From Haliotis cracherodii (taxonomy: Eukaryota), in assembly GCF_022045235.1 (NCBI RefSeq), contig NW_027266319.1, forward strand, positions 27,590,001 to 27,654,000: 64,000 nt of DNA. Direction: 5' to 3'. This document shows, one piece after another, positions 61,547-64,000 of this stretch. The notes beneath the pieces are model-generated. The model was not told where the DNA came from. It did no database searches and saw only the letters and a program-made list of their open reading frames with translations. The position numbers and the translations under genes were made by a program. Each line of letters opens with the position of its first letter. The first letter of the stretch is position 1.

Positions 61547-64000
61547 TTACCGATGTAGACCTGCAATTGAATTTTCTGCTTACTTACCGTCCATCTTAAC
61601 CATGATTATCATTATCAATGTAAACTTTTCTGTGGACTTAATTTGGTATCGATATTCACAAATTTGTATCGGTACTGCATCAATGTTACAAATCTACTGA
61701 GGCATAGGTTAGCGCTATACAATAACATCCGTATCCGACATGGTAGTGTTATACCTTGTCTTCAATGAACAGAGCCCAGGAAGCAGAGAAAAGCATATTA
61801 CCACAACAACTTTTGTGATGATGTATAAAGGCTCCATACCTCAACACAGTCTGAAAGTTATGTCTGTGTAATTAGTCTCTGTTTAGCTGCCTAGCAACTG
61901 GAACTTAGACCGTTTTGTGGAAGACTGCTCTGACTTGACTTATTGGGTATTTGTGTGCATGTTTGGGGTTGTACTTACAGGCAGAGCCAGTTCTCAGCCA
62001 TCGTGTAAGTGATTTTTGACATGATAATAATAGCTTTAACTAGCTTTTTCTCAAAACTTCCACTAAGAAACAAGACCTCATTTAAGAATGCATCCATCCA
62101 TCCCCTTTTTGAAGCATACTATCCTAGTAATCATAACTGTAACTAAATCATTTGGTGACAAAATAACATATAACTAACTAAATGTATACTAACAAATGCA
62201 GATTTCTCAGATTTTGAGCTAGCATGTTTGTATTTTAAGCGCACTCCCCTTCTTAAAAAAGCTGTGCAACCCCTTTTCTAAAAAGCAGTGCCCTCTCCTT
62301 CTTCAAAATGCTGTGTTCACCCATTTCCCCCGTATGCAAAATATGCTTGCAAATTTTTCACTGTACATTGCAAAAGCCCGTTAAATTCCCAATTAACTGA
62401 CTAACCTAACCCTTTCTCAAAATGCTATGTCCCTGCCTGAAATGAATCCTACTTTTTGTTTTGTATTCCATACCATAATTATTATTCTGCCATAACACAT
62501 ATGAAATATGAACATTGATAGGAATAGCCTTGTGAAGATAAAGCTTTTATCATCACAGAAATCTAAATCAAAATAGGATCATGAAAGTGACAAAATATCA
62601 TATTTTGTTCCTGAAGCCAAATGGATATCTAGCCTGATAATGGGATATGGCTCTCGTGAGTCCAGAGTAATAACGCAGTAGTGAATGTTGCTTCATCATT
62701 TCATTGGTCTGCTATAGTATCATTACATTGGCACAGGCAGTACATATTCACAATAGCTACATTGTTACTGTATCTGAGTGTACTAGGTGCACTCTATGAA
62801 TTATACACAGTTGAATAAAACCTATTATTATTTCTTCTACAAAGTGGATTTAGCTTGTTTAAATGATGGGCATGATACACAGATTATATAGGACACAAAG
62901 GAGTGTCTTTTCACATCGTTATACTCTAGCAAGCATCTGATACTTTAGGACTATTTACAATCCTTGCTACAATCTTTGTTGCATCGGTAGCTTGATATAG
63001 AGGGTTTTGAGATCATGCGGAAATAATGTGGCATCTGCAGTTGTGAAATGATTCAGGAAATTGCAGTTGTGAAATGATTCAGGAAATATACATCTGTACG
63101 TTGATTCTGAAATCAGTATTTCATGACATATTCATGAAGAATGTTTACTAAAATCATTTCAAATTTGTTATTTATATAAATGTTTATTATATAAAACATG
63201 ACATGAGGAAAATTTTGTATTTAAATGTCAATGTCAATGACTAATGTCTAGTCTCTGAAATGAACACATTTTACAGAAAAAAAGTTGTTAAATTATACTT
63301 ACAAAATATAATGGAAAGAAGCCCAGAGACTTTCTTCATTTTCAGAGACTAAACAAATCTGCTAACTGCAGTAATCTAGACTTGCCAAACATTATAGACT
63401 TGCATGGGCTGTATTGGATATATTTGTTTCAGTGTCTGTATGACAGACTACTCATTGACATTACTTATTTCTCGTTTCTTGTCCTGAAAGAAGAGATGTT
63501 GCTTCAACTTGTACAAAACATTTTTTGCAAGAAGTACACTTGTATATGACAGAATATACTTAATGAAGATTTTAGCTTCCGAAACAATAATCTAAGGAAC
63601 ACATTTGTCTAATCTTAGAGTCATTTTGAGTTATATGAAAAATGTCCCTTCTTCATTGCTATTATTTTTCATTTATGTTGATAATAATCCTTTGTATCAA
63701 GAAAATAGTTGTTGCTATCAAAAAAGAAACAAAAACAACAGTTAATTTGTTTTCTTTAAATGTGAATATTTAAATTTATCTCTTTTTCTAAATAATGGAA
63801 TCTTTGACTAAACTTTACACATGTTGGTTGGTAGGTAGGTGTAACATGTAAGATAAAAAGGTCATATTCGGAGGTTGCATTATGAAAACAGTTTACTATT
63901 TTAAAAAGCAGAAACAAACGTACAATTGAAATGCCAAATGATCTATTATTACCTATTTGCAAAGTAAAAAGTGACACTGAAAGTGGCATGTCATTGAAAT

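Overview
Eukaryotic, repeat-rich genomic DNA of about 37-38% GC (estimated by eye) with two assembly N-gaps. The tropomyosin termini and SINE content point to a mollusc, possibly a gastropod such as abalone (inference). There are three gene systems. (1) Two tandem minus-strand paralogs of a small secreted protein. The complete copy can be assembled by hand from three phase-compatible exons (18180-17851, 13140-13056, 10748-10498) into a 221-aa signal peptide-PAN/apple-short EGF-like-kringle protein with no protease domain. The second copy has only exon 1 in the window (2040-1726). Both carry the same 26-bp minisatellite in intron 1. (2) Three intact, intronless 284-aa tropomyosin genes (28240+, 35234-, 43206-). 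They have polar substitutions in the coiled-coil core and a mosaic pattern of CDS, 3'UTR and promoter similarity that suggests retrogene origin followed by duplication and gene conversion. (3) The 5' part of IMMP2L (exons at 50008-50106, 51905-52027, 52387-52496), which the ORF track captures only in part, followed by a long intron running off the window. The remainder consists of four SINE/SINE-like families (many with TSDs, one of 73 bp), decayed LINE and Tc1 elements, several MITEs, Penelope-like palindromic inserts with hammerhead-like motifs, and tandem repeats.
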